Source: an uncultured Clostridia bacterium
GTDB lineage: Bacteria; Bacillota; Clostridia; Oscillospirales; Acutalibacteraceae
DNA: 64,000 bases
Assembly (NCBI GenBank): GCA_937890355.1
Contig: CALACW010000133.1
Span: forward strand, 8,030-72,029
Direction of reading: 5' to 3'
Positions within the stretch are counted from its first letter, which is position 1. Each line of letters begins with the position of its first letter. Made by a program: the position numbers and the translations under genes. A model generated the notes under the pieces. That model worked only from the letters and a program-made list of their open reading frames with translations. It was not told where the DNA came from and searched no databases. Shown in pieces: positions 18,101-25,881 of the stretch.

Positions 18101-21100
18101 TCCCCGTCGCTTCTGTTCTCGAGATTGATTTTAAAGTTTACAGTCCATTTTGCCCTTAAAACAGGAGCATAAACCGTATCTAAATCTGTCCATGTTACCG
18201 CGTCGTCGGAAACCTGGAAAGTAACGGATTTTACCGCGCAGTCATCCTCTGCCGTGACTTTAAAATCAATGAAATCGTTATATCTGCCCGGTTCGGGAGA
18301 TTGTACGGTTATAACGGGAGCTGTTGTATCTTTAAGCGTTCTGACAGTAAGTTCATCAGAATATTCGCCGATATTACCCGCATTGTCTACAGCCGTTACC
18401 CTGAATGTATAATCGGTATCGGGACTTAACTGCGTAAGATTATATCCGAGAGACGTGTATATTTTAGCTTCCTGTGTGAAAATACCGTTTACCTTTCTTT
18501 GAAGAATAAAATACGCGGTATCCTTTGCCTCCGGTTTATCCCACGCAAGCGTAATAACGGACGACAGAACGCTTTTAGCCCTGAGTCCCTTTACCTGTCC
18601 GGGCGGGGTATTGTCTATAATATAAGTATATACGGGCGTTAAGTCGCTTGTGTTCATATCCTTATCCGTTGCAGACGCACGAACCTTTACCGTCGCCTCT
18701 GCATATTCGGATGTATCAAATACAATTATATTCGACTCGCTCTCGCCGACTTTCCGCCATGTGTTTCCGTCATCGTCGGAGACTTCAAGAGCATATGACT
18801 CGATTCCTATATTATCGCTCGCGGTAACTGTAACGTTTACGGTACCGCTGATAAGGCTTCCCGACGCGGGAGTCAGCTTAGTAACGACGGGAGGTATCGT
18901 ATCTTTTGTCGGCACAGCCGAAACATCGTCTGAAAATTCGCCCGCAATCTCCCCCTTTACCGCCGTAATTCTGTAAGTATATTCGTTGCCGGCAACGACC
19001 GACGAATCAATATATGCGAGCGTATCACGCGAATCAATCTTTACCAACAGGTCAAAATCTCTGTCCGCCTGTGATTTTCTGTATATCTCATAACCGGTTA
19101 CAGACGCTTCGGCCGCTTTTGTCCACGAAAGTTCAACTTTATAGATACCTCCGACGGCAACAAAACCGGCAAGTTTTTCGGCAGGGTCGGGCACCTCGTA
19201 TGTATCGAAACACCTTGAACACGTGTATACGGTAAATCCTTCTCCGGTTAATGAGTCAATTTTGCGCGAGGAGTTGTAATCATGTCCGAGAGCGGGGATT
19301 TCAACAGGATTTATTATTTCATTACAGCGAGCACATATTTGATATTTTTTTCCGCCATTTAAACATGAAGCTTCTTTTTCGACTATCCAATCGGAAGAAT
19401 CATCATGCCCCGGGGCTTTTATTGTTCTATTATCAATTCTTGCACTACAGTTTTCCCTCAAACAATGGCGGGATTCGCTTCCGTCTTTTATACAAGTCGG
19501 CATAATATCCACTGTCCATTCATTTGAATACAAATGAGAATCGGGATCATGTTTTATTAGAATGTCATATGTATTATTACATACCGAACAATAATATATT
19601 TCTTTACCGTCCTGTGTACATGTAGGTAAAACTGTATCTTTTAATACAGCTTTTTCATGTAAACATTTTATTTCTTCAAATTTTATAAATGAACCGGAGG
19701 CATATTCTTCGGCGGTAGAATTCTTATATCCATGGATTACCGAATTCTTTTGTCCGATTCCGATAGATTTAATTGTACATTTAGGATTATAGAAATAAAC
19801 ATCAGATATCTGCGGACAATTACTTAATGCATTAACTCCTACATGTTCAACACTGTCGGTAAAAATTATTGATGTTAATTTATCACATGAAGTGAATGAC
19901 CCTCCGCTAACTGTTTTTACATTATTAAAGTATATATTGCTTAGGTTTTTACATGCATAAAACGATGACTTTCCTATTTCTGAGACATCAGCACCAAGTT
20001 CAACATCTGTCAACGATGACATATTCGAAAAAGCCATATCGCCTATTTTATTAATCCCGGGGTTAACTGTTATTTTTCGAATATACTTTTCATAATTCAG
20101 CCAACCGGCATTTTTAGAAGTATCGGCAACTCCGTTTTTTGTACACCGCTGATTTGAAAAAGCATCAATCTCCCCGACACCGCTGAAAATTATTGTGTTG
20201 TTTTGTATTGTCCACGCAATTCCGTTTGCTTCTGTTCCTGAAAAAATCGGATGTTCTTCATCTATATTCACAAATTTCAGTTCATTATCGGCAGCAAACG
20301 TTTCAGCAGTAGAATTGACATGTCCGTATATTACTGATTTAGAATACTTTGAGTTTTTATCAACAGAACATGTTTTATTCTCAATTGCAATAACTTCTGC
20401 GCTTGCCGGAAATGCATTTTCGCCTATTTGAACGATAGAATTGGGACAATATATTAATTTTAAATCTGAACAGCCGTAAAATGCATAACTGCCGATATCT
20501 GCAAGAAGAGAAGGGAAATTAACACTGTCAAGCCGCTGACAAAAGAAAAATGCATTCTTGCCAATCTGTTTTAACTTATTAGGCAAAACAACACTTTCAA
20601 GTGAAATACAATTCGCCAAAGCATTATCCCCGATATACGTCATAGCATAAGGAAAAACCAATTTTTTCAAATTAAAGTTTTGATTAAACCAAGTACCGGT
20701 AAAAGCATATTCATCAATTTTTTTTGTCTGTGCAGGGATGAAGTACTCAGACGGTCCGCATAACGGATAAGATACTAAAGTATTTTTATAAAAAAGTGCT
20801 GTTCCGTCGGAACTAAACTTTTTATTTGCATTAGATACATTGATAGATTTTAAGAAAAAGCTGTTAAAAAACAACTTATTAAAAGAAGAAAAACCTGAGC
20901 CGAGCGTGATAGATTTCAAATAACTATTCATCGGATAAAAAACAGTATTTATTGATAATACACTGTCAGGCATTATATACTCTTCACTTGTTTTGTAAGA
21001 CGGGTAAAGAATTAATTCTGACATGTCTTTATTATACAACACGCCGTCAGATTCACAAAAATACTGATTTTCCGCTTTTACTTTAATAACCGGAATATAA

Positions 21101-23106
21101 TATCCGAATTGTTCGGCTATAATTTTAGAAACAGATTCAGGCAATTCAACTTCCCTGACATTTGTATACAATCCGAAAATTGAGACATCAACTTTTTCAG
21201 ATTCAGCACCTGATAAATCTATTTTTTTTATAAAAGAGAGAAAACAATTTGCCGGAATCTCTGATGAATCATTAATTGTTAAATCTCCGGTACCGAAAAA
21301 TCGGAGTGTTTCTCCGTCATTACATATCCGCCATTTTAAGCCCGTCGGTAAAGTTCCGGCAGTAGAGTAACAGCATAAATTCTTATCCGTGTTTTGTATT
21401 AATGTTTCAGTATTTGAATCTGAAAATACAAGAGAAAATGCACTGTTATAACAATACCATTCAATTGTCCTTTTCCATTGTCCCAACGGATTCGCCTTAC
21501 CGGATTCATACGTCAGAGAGCGATAACTGTCAACGAGATATGCTGCGCTCGTAAATTTCGTATTATTCTCATTATCTGATTCTGATTTTTTCGTTACAGA
21601 CACTCTGATATTTCCGAGCTCGTTTAAATTATTTTCCGGGGCGGCGACCGAACCGTATTTATTCTCTGCATACGATTCGGATTTATTACTGTCATCCCAT
21701 TTCCAATCATCCGAAAACGGGATCAACGCATTAAGTAAAACTTCAGAATATCCGTCAGCATCAGTAAGTTCAACGATTCTGCTTCTTATTTTTGAAAACC
21801 AGTTATATTCAGAACGCTCAGCCTCCAAAACCGGCTGCAACGCAATCAGAACATTATAAACATAACCTTTAGACGTATTATCAACAACAGAAACATTTAC
21901 GGTATCTGAACCGGAAACAGAATACTTATCAATTTCATTTGAGTTCTCGAATTCATTCAGTGCATTTTTTAAAGTTTCTATTTGCTCTTGGGTTGCACAA
22001 ATATTCCCCGTGTCACCTGTTGTTATGCATGAAAGTGACTTGTGAGGTATTCCGTCTTCTATCGCCTTTTCATGCTGTGCCGAGCCAGCAGAGCAATACA
22101 CAACAATGCCGTTCGACTGTGGCATAGAAAGATGGCTTATTAAGCCGCTGAGTGTTTGATAGAAAAATGAGTAGTCATCATGAACACCATTTGTATATTT
22201 AGAAATAAACCGAGAATAAAACGAAATAAATTCATCAGAATCAGAAATTTTACAATCCATTCCGTTTTGAATATAAAAATCAGAATATGCAATCTCAAAA
22301 TCAATAAATTCACGGGACATTAATGATGAAAAGCTAACGGAAACTGACTTCGATTTATTTATAATCTGCAAATTGGACGCTATTATTTCATGTATAAAAC
22401 CATATGCATATTCTAATGTTGAAGGTAAAACAATCCTGGTATCTACACAGGTTAAACATGTTTTTCCTAATGATATGACACCCTCGGGGATATTATATTC
22501 CGTAATTTTATAACAGTTAACAAATGCATTATCGCCTATTTTCTTCAAAGTAGACGGAAACTTAACACTTTTTGCATTTATCGCATCACAAAAAGAGGAA
22601 TTACCGATATATGTTATTCCCTCTCCGACAACTATTTTTTCAATATCTAAAAAATAATCATACCATGGTATATCACTGGGAGAAACTATAATTCCATTTT
22701 CACTTACGGCATTACAGGAATAATCATCCATTTCACCGGTTCCGTCAATATATAACGTAGACGTTTCCGAATCAAAAGACCATGAAATATCTCCGACTCC
22801 CGTTTTTTCATAAGGATCCGTTTGACTGCTAAAAACACTTATATGTTTTCTGGTAAGTGCATTTTTTCGAACAGTACTGCTGTATACTTCATTATTTTTA
22901 CTCTTAATATCAGTTAACGTTTTCTCAGCTTGTTCAATCGGGCTCTGAAAAGAAACTGTCTCTGAATTGACGTTTCTGTTTTCAGGATCCGCATTTGTTT
23001 TTTTGTACGATTGCGCATATACAGGGAAAACAGCTGAAAAAGATGACATCAAAACAATAAGCGATAAAATCACCGCTAAGGCTCTAAATCCAACTCTTTT
23101 TTTCAT
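12139..23106 (-). CDS. giant secreted mosaic surface protein (~3655 aa). Domain order: BspA-type LRRs, Cys3-His modules, 4x(FN3+Ig-like), PKD, CarboxypepD_reg-like, CARDB/NEW3-like, beta-rich region, beta-propeller-like region, C-terminal Cys modules, amphipathic tail
   Basis: The likely start is ATG 23106 (MKKRVGFRALAVILSLIVLMSSFSAVFPVYAQ signal peptide, GGGGG RBS), 13 codons inside the track ORF. LRR_5-like repeats are present, for example IGDNAFVNCYKITEYNIPEGV and IGKNAFFFCQRLDSVNFPS. FN3 signatures are LSWTKAAEASVTGYEIYR..YTYRITAV, LAWDKPEAKDTAYFILQR..YTFRVTAVD, ISWTQGSEEDIGSYSVYR and VTWKDNNETDIAGFRIYR. The PKD domain reads YEWDFGDSTA..ITLKVTDENGN. There is no LPXTG motif. Confidence 0.85.
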   Translation of the reverse strand: MKKRVGFRALAVILSLIVLMSSFSAVFPVYAQSYKKTNADPENRNVNSETVSFQSPIEQAEKTLTDIKSKNNEVYSSTVRKNALTRKHISVFSSQTDPYEKTGVGDISWSFDSETSTLYIDGTGEMDDYSCNAVSENGIIVSPSDIPWYDYFLDIEKIVVGEGITYIGNSSFCDAINAKSVKFPSTLKKIGDNAFVNCYKITEYNIPEGVISLGKTCLTCVDTRIVLPSTLEYAYGFIHEIIASNLQIINKSKSVSVSFSSLMSREFIDFEIAYSDFYIQNGMDCKISDSDEFISFYSRFISKYTNGVHDDYSFFYQTLSGLISHLSMPQSNGIVVYCSAGSAQHEKAIEDGIPHKSLSCITTGDTGNICATQEQIETLKNALNEFENSNEIDKYSVSGSDTVNVSVVDNTSKGYVYNVLIALQPVLEAERSEYNWFSKIRSRIVELTDADGYSEVLLNALIPFSDDWKWDDSNKSESYAENKYGSVAAPENNLNELGNIRVSVTKKSESDNENNTKFTSAAYLVDSYRSLTYESGKANPLGQWKRTIEWYCYNSAFSLVFSDSNTETLIQNTDKNLCCYSTAGTLPTGLKWRICNDGETLRFFGTGDLTINDSSEIPANCFLSFIKKIDLSGAESEKVDVSIFGLYTNVREVELPESVSKIIAEQFGYYIPVIKVKAENQYFCESDGVLYNKDMSELILYPSYKTSEEYIMPDSVLSINTVFYPMNSYLKSITLGSGFSSFNKLFFNSFFLKSINVSNANKKFSSDGTALFYKNTLVSYPLCGPSEYFIPAQTKKIDEYAFTGTWFNQNFNLKKLVFPYAMTYIGDNALANCISLESVVLPNKLKQIGKNAFFFCQRLDSVNFPSLLADIGSYAFYGCSDLKLIYCPNSIVQIGENAFPASAEVIAIENKTCSVDKNSKYSKSVIYGHVNSTAETFAADNELKFVNIDEEHPIFSGTEANGIAWTIQNNTIIFSGVGEIDAFSNQRCTKNGVADTSKNAGWLNYEKYIRKITVNPGINKIGDMAFSNMSSLTDVELGADVSEIGKSSFYACKNLSNIYFNNVKTVSGGSFTSCDKLTSIIFTDSVEHVGVNALSNCPQISDVYFYNPKCTIKSIGIGQKNSVIHGYKNSTAEEYASGSFIKFEEIKCLHEKAVLKDTVLPTCTQDGKEIYYCSVCNNTYDILIKHDPDSHLYSNEWTVDIMPTCIKDGSESRHCLRENCSARIDNRTIKAPGHDDSSDWIVEKEASCLNGGKKYQICARCNEIINPVEIPALGHDYNSSRKIDSLTGEGFTVYTCSRCFDTYEVPDPAEKLAGFVAVGGIYKVELSWTKAAEASVTGYEIYRKSQADRDFDLLVKIDSRDTLAYIDSSVVAGNEYTYRITAVKGEIAGEFSDDVSAVPTKDTIPPVVTKLTPASGSLISGTVNVTVTASDNIGIESYALEVSDDDGNTWRKVGESESNIIVFDTSEYAEATVKVRASATDKDMNTSDLTPVYTYIIDNTPPGQVKGLRAKSVLSSVITLAWDKPEAKDTAYFILQRKVNGIFTQEAKIYTSLGYNLTQLSPDTDYTFRVTAVDNAGNIGEYSDELTVRTLKDTTAPVITVQSPEPGRYNDFIDFKVTAEDDCAVKSVTFQVSDDAVTWTDLDTVYAPVLRAKWTVNFKINLENRSDGDIYVRAVAEDNSGNVGDTSSSAPYVQYYVDKTAPAVPENVSAVGSDGYVRISWTQGSEEDIGSYSVYRALSEDGEYSLIASNIKKLDYYDRTAKRGVVYYYKVTCSDTCGNTSGYSKTVFANALADTIKPVINSINPPAGTYVGEAYNKISVLASDNNLLEDVVIEYRIGSDGDYVLLKKEENIALQSTVISVYLDLSDVSDGEKIYVRAYCTDIAGLKSDMSGVMVYKTDKTAPEVNQLSAVYDSGINIVTWKDNNETDIAGFRIYRRISGRGYTAVGSRSANSSHSYTFSDAVGEGTYTYRVDAVDKTGNVKSFYSNSVTVPAPKTEIKAEIECRSYFEVNVQESVSAKILSENVNIVSYEWDFGDSTASASPDVNKSYKQTGEYIITLKVTDENGNTAACSKIITVTDRKLLGTVRIKVADENKTAMPGVPVYFDLGEFRQQIVYTDANGYASFVMDVGAHNIGVYKNGYLPACTSVSVLSGVTTNAQLTLVKQDIVSGSFNVREMTFEEIAAAGLDVNDPANQQVYRATVTLRYGNSEVPISYIRNNERILSYTVSDSGGIINTPGTGGYNEIKNVAYIPNDSNAEVIAVIEAPVHVTYLKQFYSATLRIINNSSEDFTLTDCTAQLKIPDGLTLMQSSTIDSVIKGQSDSSATWILRGDEPGEYSLTAEFNSTLDKFNVPVSASFVSENAVKVRKMSDTISIVVETPDDLFMQLKNDDDVVIKVKDLAGNVDLGNYKATALFNVGFKNISDSEIYMPSISVDKITALMRKQTGLDETQTEVKEEAVFIINADSSRTKVEDLNSIKSLSPGCTLIKYYSVVFKEANELTNKQLFSTLSDITLYGVSDEEVKLETRVDDQLFSMYYYGKIFDKHIHSFKETEGSQGIIYACPCGYSYTASVSSEDAFDYDEEGQRILDSLNFDIRKLLSSVKFENDKIVGPELNILGFKFNIFELDTKFNLPILENSSVVVDPQTQTIKILIGTKETKKANIGKAEQSSAYWTESYKEVKSFYKAIEGENAPTRDLYNKFRKLRKGMKTNGIESVGLNFDADLAGYIEFSYKNGIEFREGGLITSFNMGASVTVRPLKIFYASIGIGGGLSGSLTVKQSNYEVTFSGSVTGSLNNSYTLGVGENSIIKIYAQAKAVFDLSTTFGFPAASFKDSMSMKLTGDLKAKAAFFGAETSEFTHRFLDFQIYPRKDESENKSRRKSLKSSKSFDFTPIERDYSLTTDIKSNDFTFTKNDLYPYSTPSVVILPDGREAMFWIDDNAEKQAVNRTDVYYSIFENGTWSSARVAFESKGFCDGLKTAYDSNGVYLLFAETKECDDNADYSERINSSELYCSYFDGTSFSEPVRVTDNDRAEIGYSISASGSGAKIAYVTNSENDYFDAEGTDTVSYCEVNNGNVSDVFSYEFNGISSMDVSCLSAGVYVVSSENDNVIYALDSSGKTAVYEGENSVASLNAVDDGLFFTESAKSMFYNGTSVVFAGLSSINNLSAVTGSEGKYILITNVNESTCGTLYACEFNASNFDYGSIYPVFSQTERFIREYDAVLNSDSELCICVNGVKFSDDGSEVSSDLTVINTNKFIDISVDDLYVDYSSFSDDELIYADITNKCSSEIKTLNVSVSDENGGSICDMQIRTSIKPGETVTERIMVNAESIVGNNVYVTVTPEGTDGNMADNTRSADISVSDVLIKDVKITLRDDKAFISGSAENIGSRETENTVVSLKELNSSSPADDVQLGSIATDSEKAFSLEIPSEYFEAEDGNVFLMILSASVNSGEKNYSNNVYEFSYSNIYDVSDERICINHNYILTSESESTCIKHGEKVFTCKNCGDVKNEVLPLGPHSESDWVTDVKATCLNTGSEHKYCTVCSEILEMRTIEKTGHTPSGWIVEEEATCLHEGIRYKECVDCMTELESEIIPKLDHTDEDGDNICDVCGEQIPVTVSCSHICHKKGFAGFIWRIIRIIFKIFGSNKYCECGAEHY

Positions 23107-23168
23107 ATAAATACCCCCATAATTTTCTAAACATACAAAAATCAATACAAAACAATAATTATGAATTT

Positions 23169-23197
23169 ATTATACATATCAACTATATAAATGTCAA
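23169..23197 (-). promoter_or_regulatory. consensus sigma-A promoter of the giant gene
   Basis: On the minus strand: TTGACA (23197-23192), 17 nt, TATAAT (23174-23169). The -10 is about 60 nt upstream of the ATG. Confidence 0.65.
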
Positions 23198-23230
23198 TAC
23201 TCTACCTGCTATTCTATTTAGAGAGAAAAT

Positions 23231-23260
23231 AAAACAAAAAAACAGGTGAATCACCTGTTT
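23231..23260 (-). terminator. terminator of hisIE
   Basis: AACAGG-loop-CCTGTT hairpin followed, on the minus strand, by a T-rich run. Confidence 0.6.
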
Positions 23261-23263
23261 TTA

Positions 23264-23941
23264 TCACAATTCGATTTTTATTCCGTTTACCGTTTCCTTC
23301 GGTTTGCCCTGTCCGGCGCGGGGTTCCATTATATTCATCGACGACAGATATCTGTACACATCCTCGTTTTTAACCCCGGTCTGATTCATGAGGACGGCTA
23401 TGTGATAAGCTATTTCCGAAATATCGTGCGATATTTCGTCTTTACCCTCATTTTTAACGTCCAATGCGAGCTCAAAACACAGTTCGTTGAGTTTCTTGAG
23501 TGTTTTATCCGAACCCTTTCTTAATAAATATGTCGTATAAGACCCTTCGGGCATTTTTTCACGGCGGTTTTTTATATTTTCCGAAAGCGCGTCGAAACTG
23601 AAATAATTAAGCTCGTCGCTTCTCCATATTCTCTCGGTAAAACAAGAATCCGTTCCCTTATAGCATGCGGGGCCGTCTTTTTTTACAATAACCGTCAGCG
23701 ATTCGTAATCGCAGTCCGCTATTATTTCAACAATATGCTGATAATTTTTGCTGTGCTCGCCTTTAATCCAAATTCTCTGTCTTGACCTGCTCCAAAGACA
23801 GACAAGTCCCTTTTGCATTGATATTTTGAGACTTTCCCTTGTCATATAAGACATGCTCAGAACTTTTTTACTCACTGCGTCCACAATAACTGCTGGAATC
23901 AGTCCTATTGAGTTAAATTTAAGTTTATCAATGTCAATCAT
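23264..23941 (-). CDS. hisIE: bifunctional phosphoribosyl-AMP cyclohydrolase / phosphoribosyl-ATP pyrophosphatase
   Basis: HisI part: LIPAVIVDAVSKKVLSMSYMTRESL, WSRSRQRIWIKGEHSKNYQ, ADCDYESL, GPACYKGTDSCF. HisE part: the C-terminal helical NTP-PPase region (YTTYLL...KLNELCFELA...EIAYHIAVLM). Confidence 0.85.
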   Translation of the reverse strand: MIDIDKLKFNSIGLIPAVIVDAVSKKVLSMSYMTRESLKISMQKGLVCLWSRSRQRIWIKGEHSKNYQHIVEIIADCDYESLTVIVKKDGPACYKGTDSCFTERIWRSDELNYFSFDALSENIKNRREKMPEGSYTTYLLRKGSDKTLKKLNELCFELALDVKNEGKDEISHDISEIAYHIAVLMNQTGVKNEDVYRYLSSMNIMEPRAGQGKPKETVNGIKIEL

Positions 23942-24014
23942 TTTTGTTTCTCCCGAATTATTTGTTTATCGGTTATATTATTACATTTTTTTTTGTTTGT
24001 TTCAATACTTTTAA

Positions 24015-24060
24015 CAAAAAAAGAAAACGGCGAAGAATTTAAATTAACAATTCTCCGCCG
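24015..24060 (-). terminator. terminator of the acyl-CoA ligase gene
   Basis: 12-bp stem CGGCGAAGAATT / AATTCTCCGCCG with a T-run on the minus strand. Confidence 0.7.
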
Positions 24061-24070
24061 AAATCAAACA

Positions 24071-25744
24071 TCAGTTAGGTACTTTGTCGCTCATCTTCAT
24101 AAAGTCGAGCTTTTCTATTTTCGTTCTGGGAAGCGCGTCCATAAATTCTATCTTTCTCGGAACAGAGAAATGGTCGAGATTTGTTTCACAGAAATTAAGA
24201 ATATCTTTTTTCGCCTTTTCCTTATCAATTGAACTGTCCTTAAGTGATACGCAGAGCTTTACGCACGGTTTTTTATCGTTGTCATACCCCTGAACCGCGC
24301 ATGCCTCTTTGATAAAATCAAGAGTCATTATTTTTTGCTCCATCGTATAGGGGTAGATATTATATCCGGAAATAATGATAATTCTCTTCTTGCGTCCCGT
24401 AAAGTATGCAAAACCGTCCTCGTCGACATATCCCATATCGCCCGTGTTAACCCAGTCAACGCCGTTTTCGTCCTTTACGATTCCGCTATCCTTGACGACT
24501 CCGTCGGGGAGATAACCGTTCATCATGGTATCTCCGCTCAAAGAAAGCTCACCGACCTCACCTGCGGGAAGAATTTTACCGTCCGCGTCAAGAACTCTGA
24601 TTTTAACGCCCTCTAACGGCATACCGATAGAGTCGGGTTTATAGTGATCCGCACTGCACGTCGTACATATTGCGCACATCTCGGTAAGCCCCCAGCCTCT
24701 GAAAAGTTTCGCCTTGCTCGAATTGGCTTTCAAAACAGACGTAAATTCGTCAACAAAGCTCTCGCTTAAAATATCGCCTCCGCTGAAAAGAAGATTGAGA
24801 TTCTTAAGTCCGGGATTTACGAAGTTATCGGCATTATACATCTTCTGAAACATATTAGGAACGCCGAGAATCTCCTGTACATGATACTTTTTAATATAAT
24901 TATTAACCTTAACTGCGTCAAACTTTGGAACAAGAATAGCAGAATAAGCGTTGCACAGTGCGTAATGCATTGCGCCTCCGAGCCCGAATGCATGGAAACA
25001 CGGCAGCGCGCAGATATTATATGCGTCGCCGTAGTTATGGTCTCTGTCAAGAAGATACAGCTTGTACGCAAGCGAGTTAAGAGAAAATGACGAATGTTTA
25101 ATCGTCTTGCTCTTTCCTGTGGTTCCGCCGCCGTGCAGGTAAATAAGCGTTTCCTTTCCGGGATTTGAAACGGTTTTGACAGCCGGGTATTTTTTCTTCA
25201 TTATATCCCTGTATCTGAATACTGTCGGCATGTCGGGTACATTCGAATTTTTATTATCGTCGAGTTTAACGAGCAGTTTCATAATTCCAGACGCATAATC
25301 GGATGTCGAACACACTATAGTGTGAGTTTTACTTACAATCGAGGTAAATGAAGCTATCGCTCTGTCGAGGATAAACAACGCCTTCGAACCGGTAAGCTCG
25401 AGCATTTCATTTAATGCGTCCGTAGGCGTCAGAGGATGAACAAAGTTCGCAATTATTCCGAGCTTATTAAGCGCATAAAACGCGATAAACGCATGTGCCG
25501 ACGTCGGCAGAAAAACAGTAATAACGTCACCGCGCTTAAAACCGCACTCGGTAAGATATCCTGCAAGGTTCTCTATGTCCTCAAACAATTTTTTCATACT
25601 CGTCTTACAGTCCTGATTGACAAAAGCCGTATAATCACCGTGGTCTTTTGCTATTTTTGCATAACAGTTCTGTAAATACTCGTAGCATGATTCATCCTTC
25701 GGTTCTGTTAAATAACGTTCTTTGGAACCTGTATATTCAGCCAT
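24071..25744 (-). CDS. AMP-dependent acyl-CoA synthetase/ligase (ANL superfamily), paralog 1
   Basis: AMP-binding motifs YLHGGGTTGKSKTIKHS, WGLTE, TGDMGYVDEDGFAYFTGRKKRIII. Confidence 0.85.
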   Translation of the reverse strand: MAEYTGSKERYLTEPKDESCYEYLQNCYAKIAKDHGDYTAFVNQDCKTSMKKLFEDIENLAGYLTECGFKRGDVITVFLPTSAHAFIAFYALNKLGIIANFVHPLTPTDALNEMLELTGSKALFILDRAIASFTSIVSKTHTIVCSTSDYASGIMKLLVKLDDNKNSNVPDMPTVFRYRDIMKKKYPAVKTVSNPGKETLIYLHGGGTTGKSKTIKHSSFSLNSLAYKLYLLDRDHNYGDAYNICALPCFHAFGLGGAMHYALCNAYSAILVPKFDAVKVNNYIKKYHVQEILGVPNMFQKMYNADNFVNPGLKNLNLLFSGGDILSESFVDEFTSVLKANSSKAKLFRGWGLTEMCAICTTCSADHYKPDSIGMPLEGVKIRVLDADGKILPAGEVGELSLSGDTMMNGYLPDGVVKDSGIVKDENGVDWVNTGDMGYVDEDGFAYFTGRKKRIIIISGYNIYPYTMEQKIMTLDFIKEACAVQGYDNDKKPCVKLCVSLKDSSIDKEKAKKDILNFCETNLDHFSVPRKIEFMDALPRTKIEKLDFMKMSDKVPN

Positions 25745-25881
25745 AAATGCACCGTTCTTTCATTTTTTATAATTGTAATATCAGAACACAAACTGATTCA
25801 ATATTAATAAATAATTGACCTGTATATTAAATAATTGACCATATAATATGTTTATGATATACTGATATTGGTGAGTTTATT

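Noticed and set aside
12238-22127. Numerous 60-220-aa ORFs on the plus strand, or in other frames, inside the giant minus-strand gene (for example 16303..16965, 17542..18159, 11337..11861). Similar ones sit inside the 2031-aa gene (for example 58067..58585).
   Set aside because: They lie entirely within long, domain-rich ORFs on the opposite strand or another frame. They have no RBS and give low-complexity translations. These are typical shadow ORFs.
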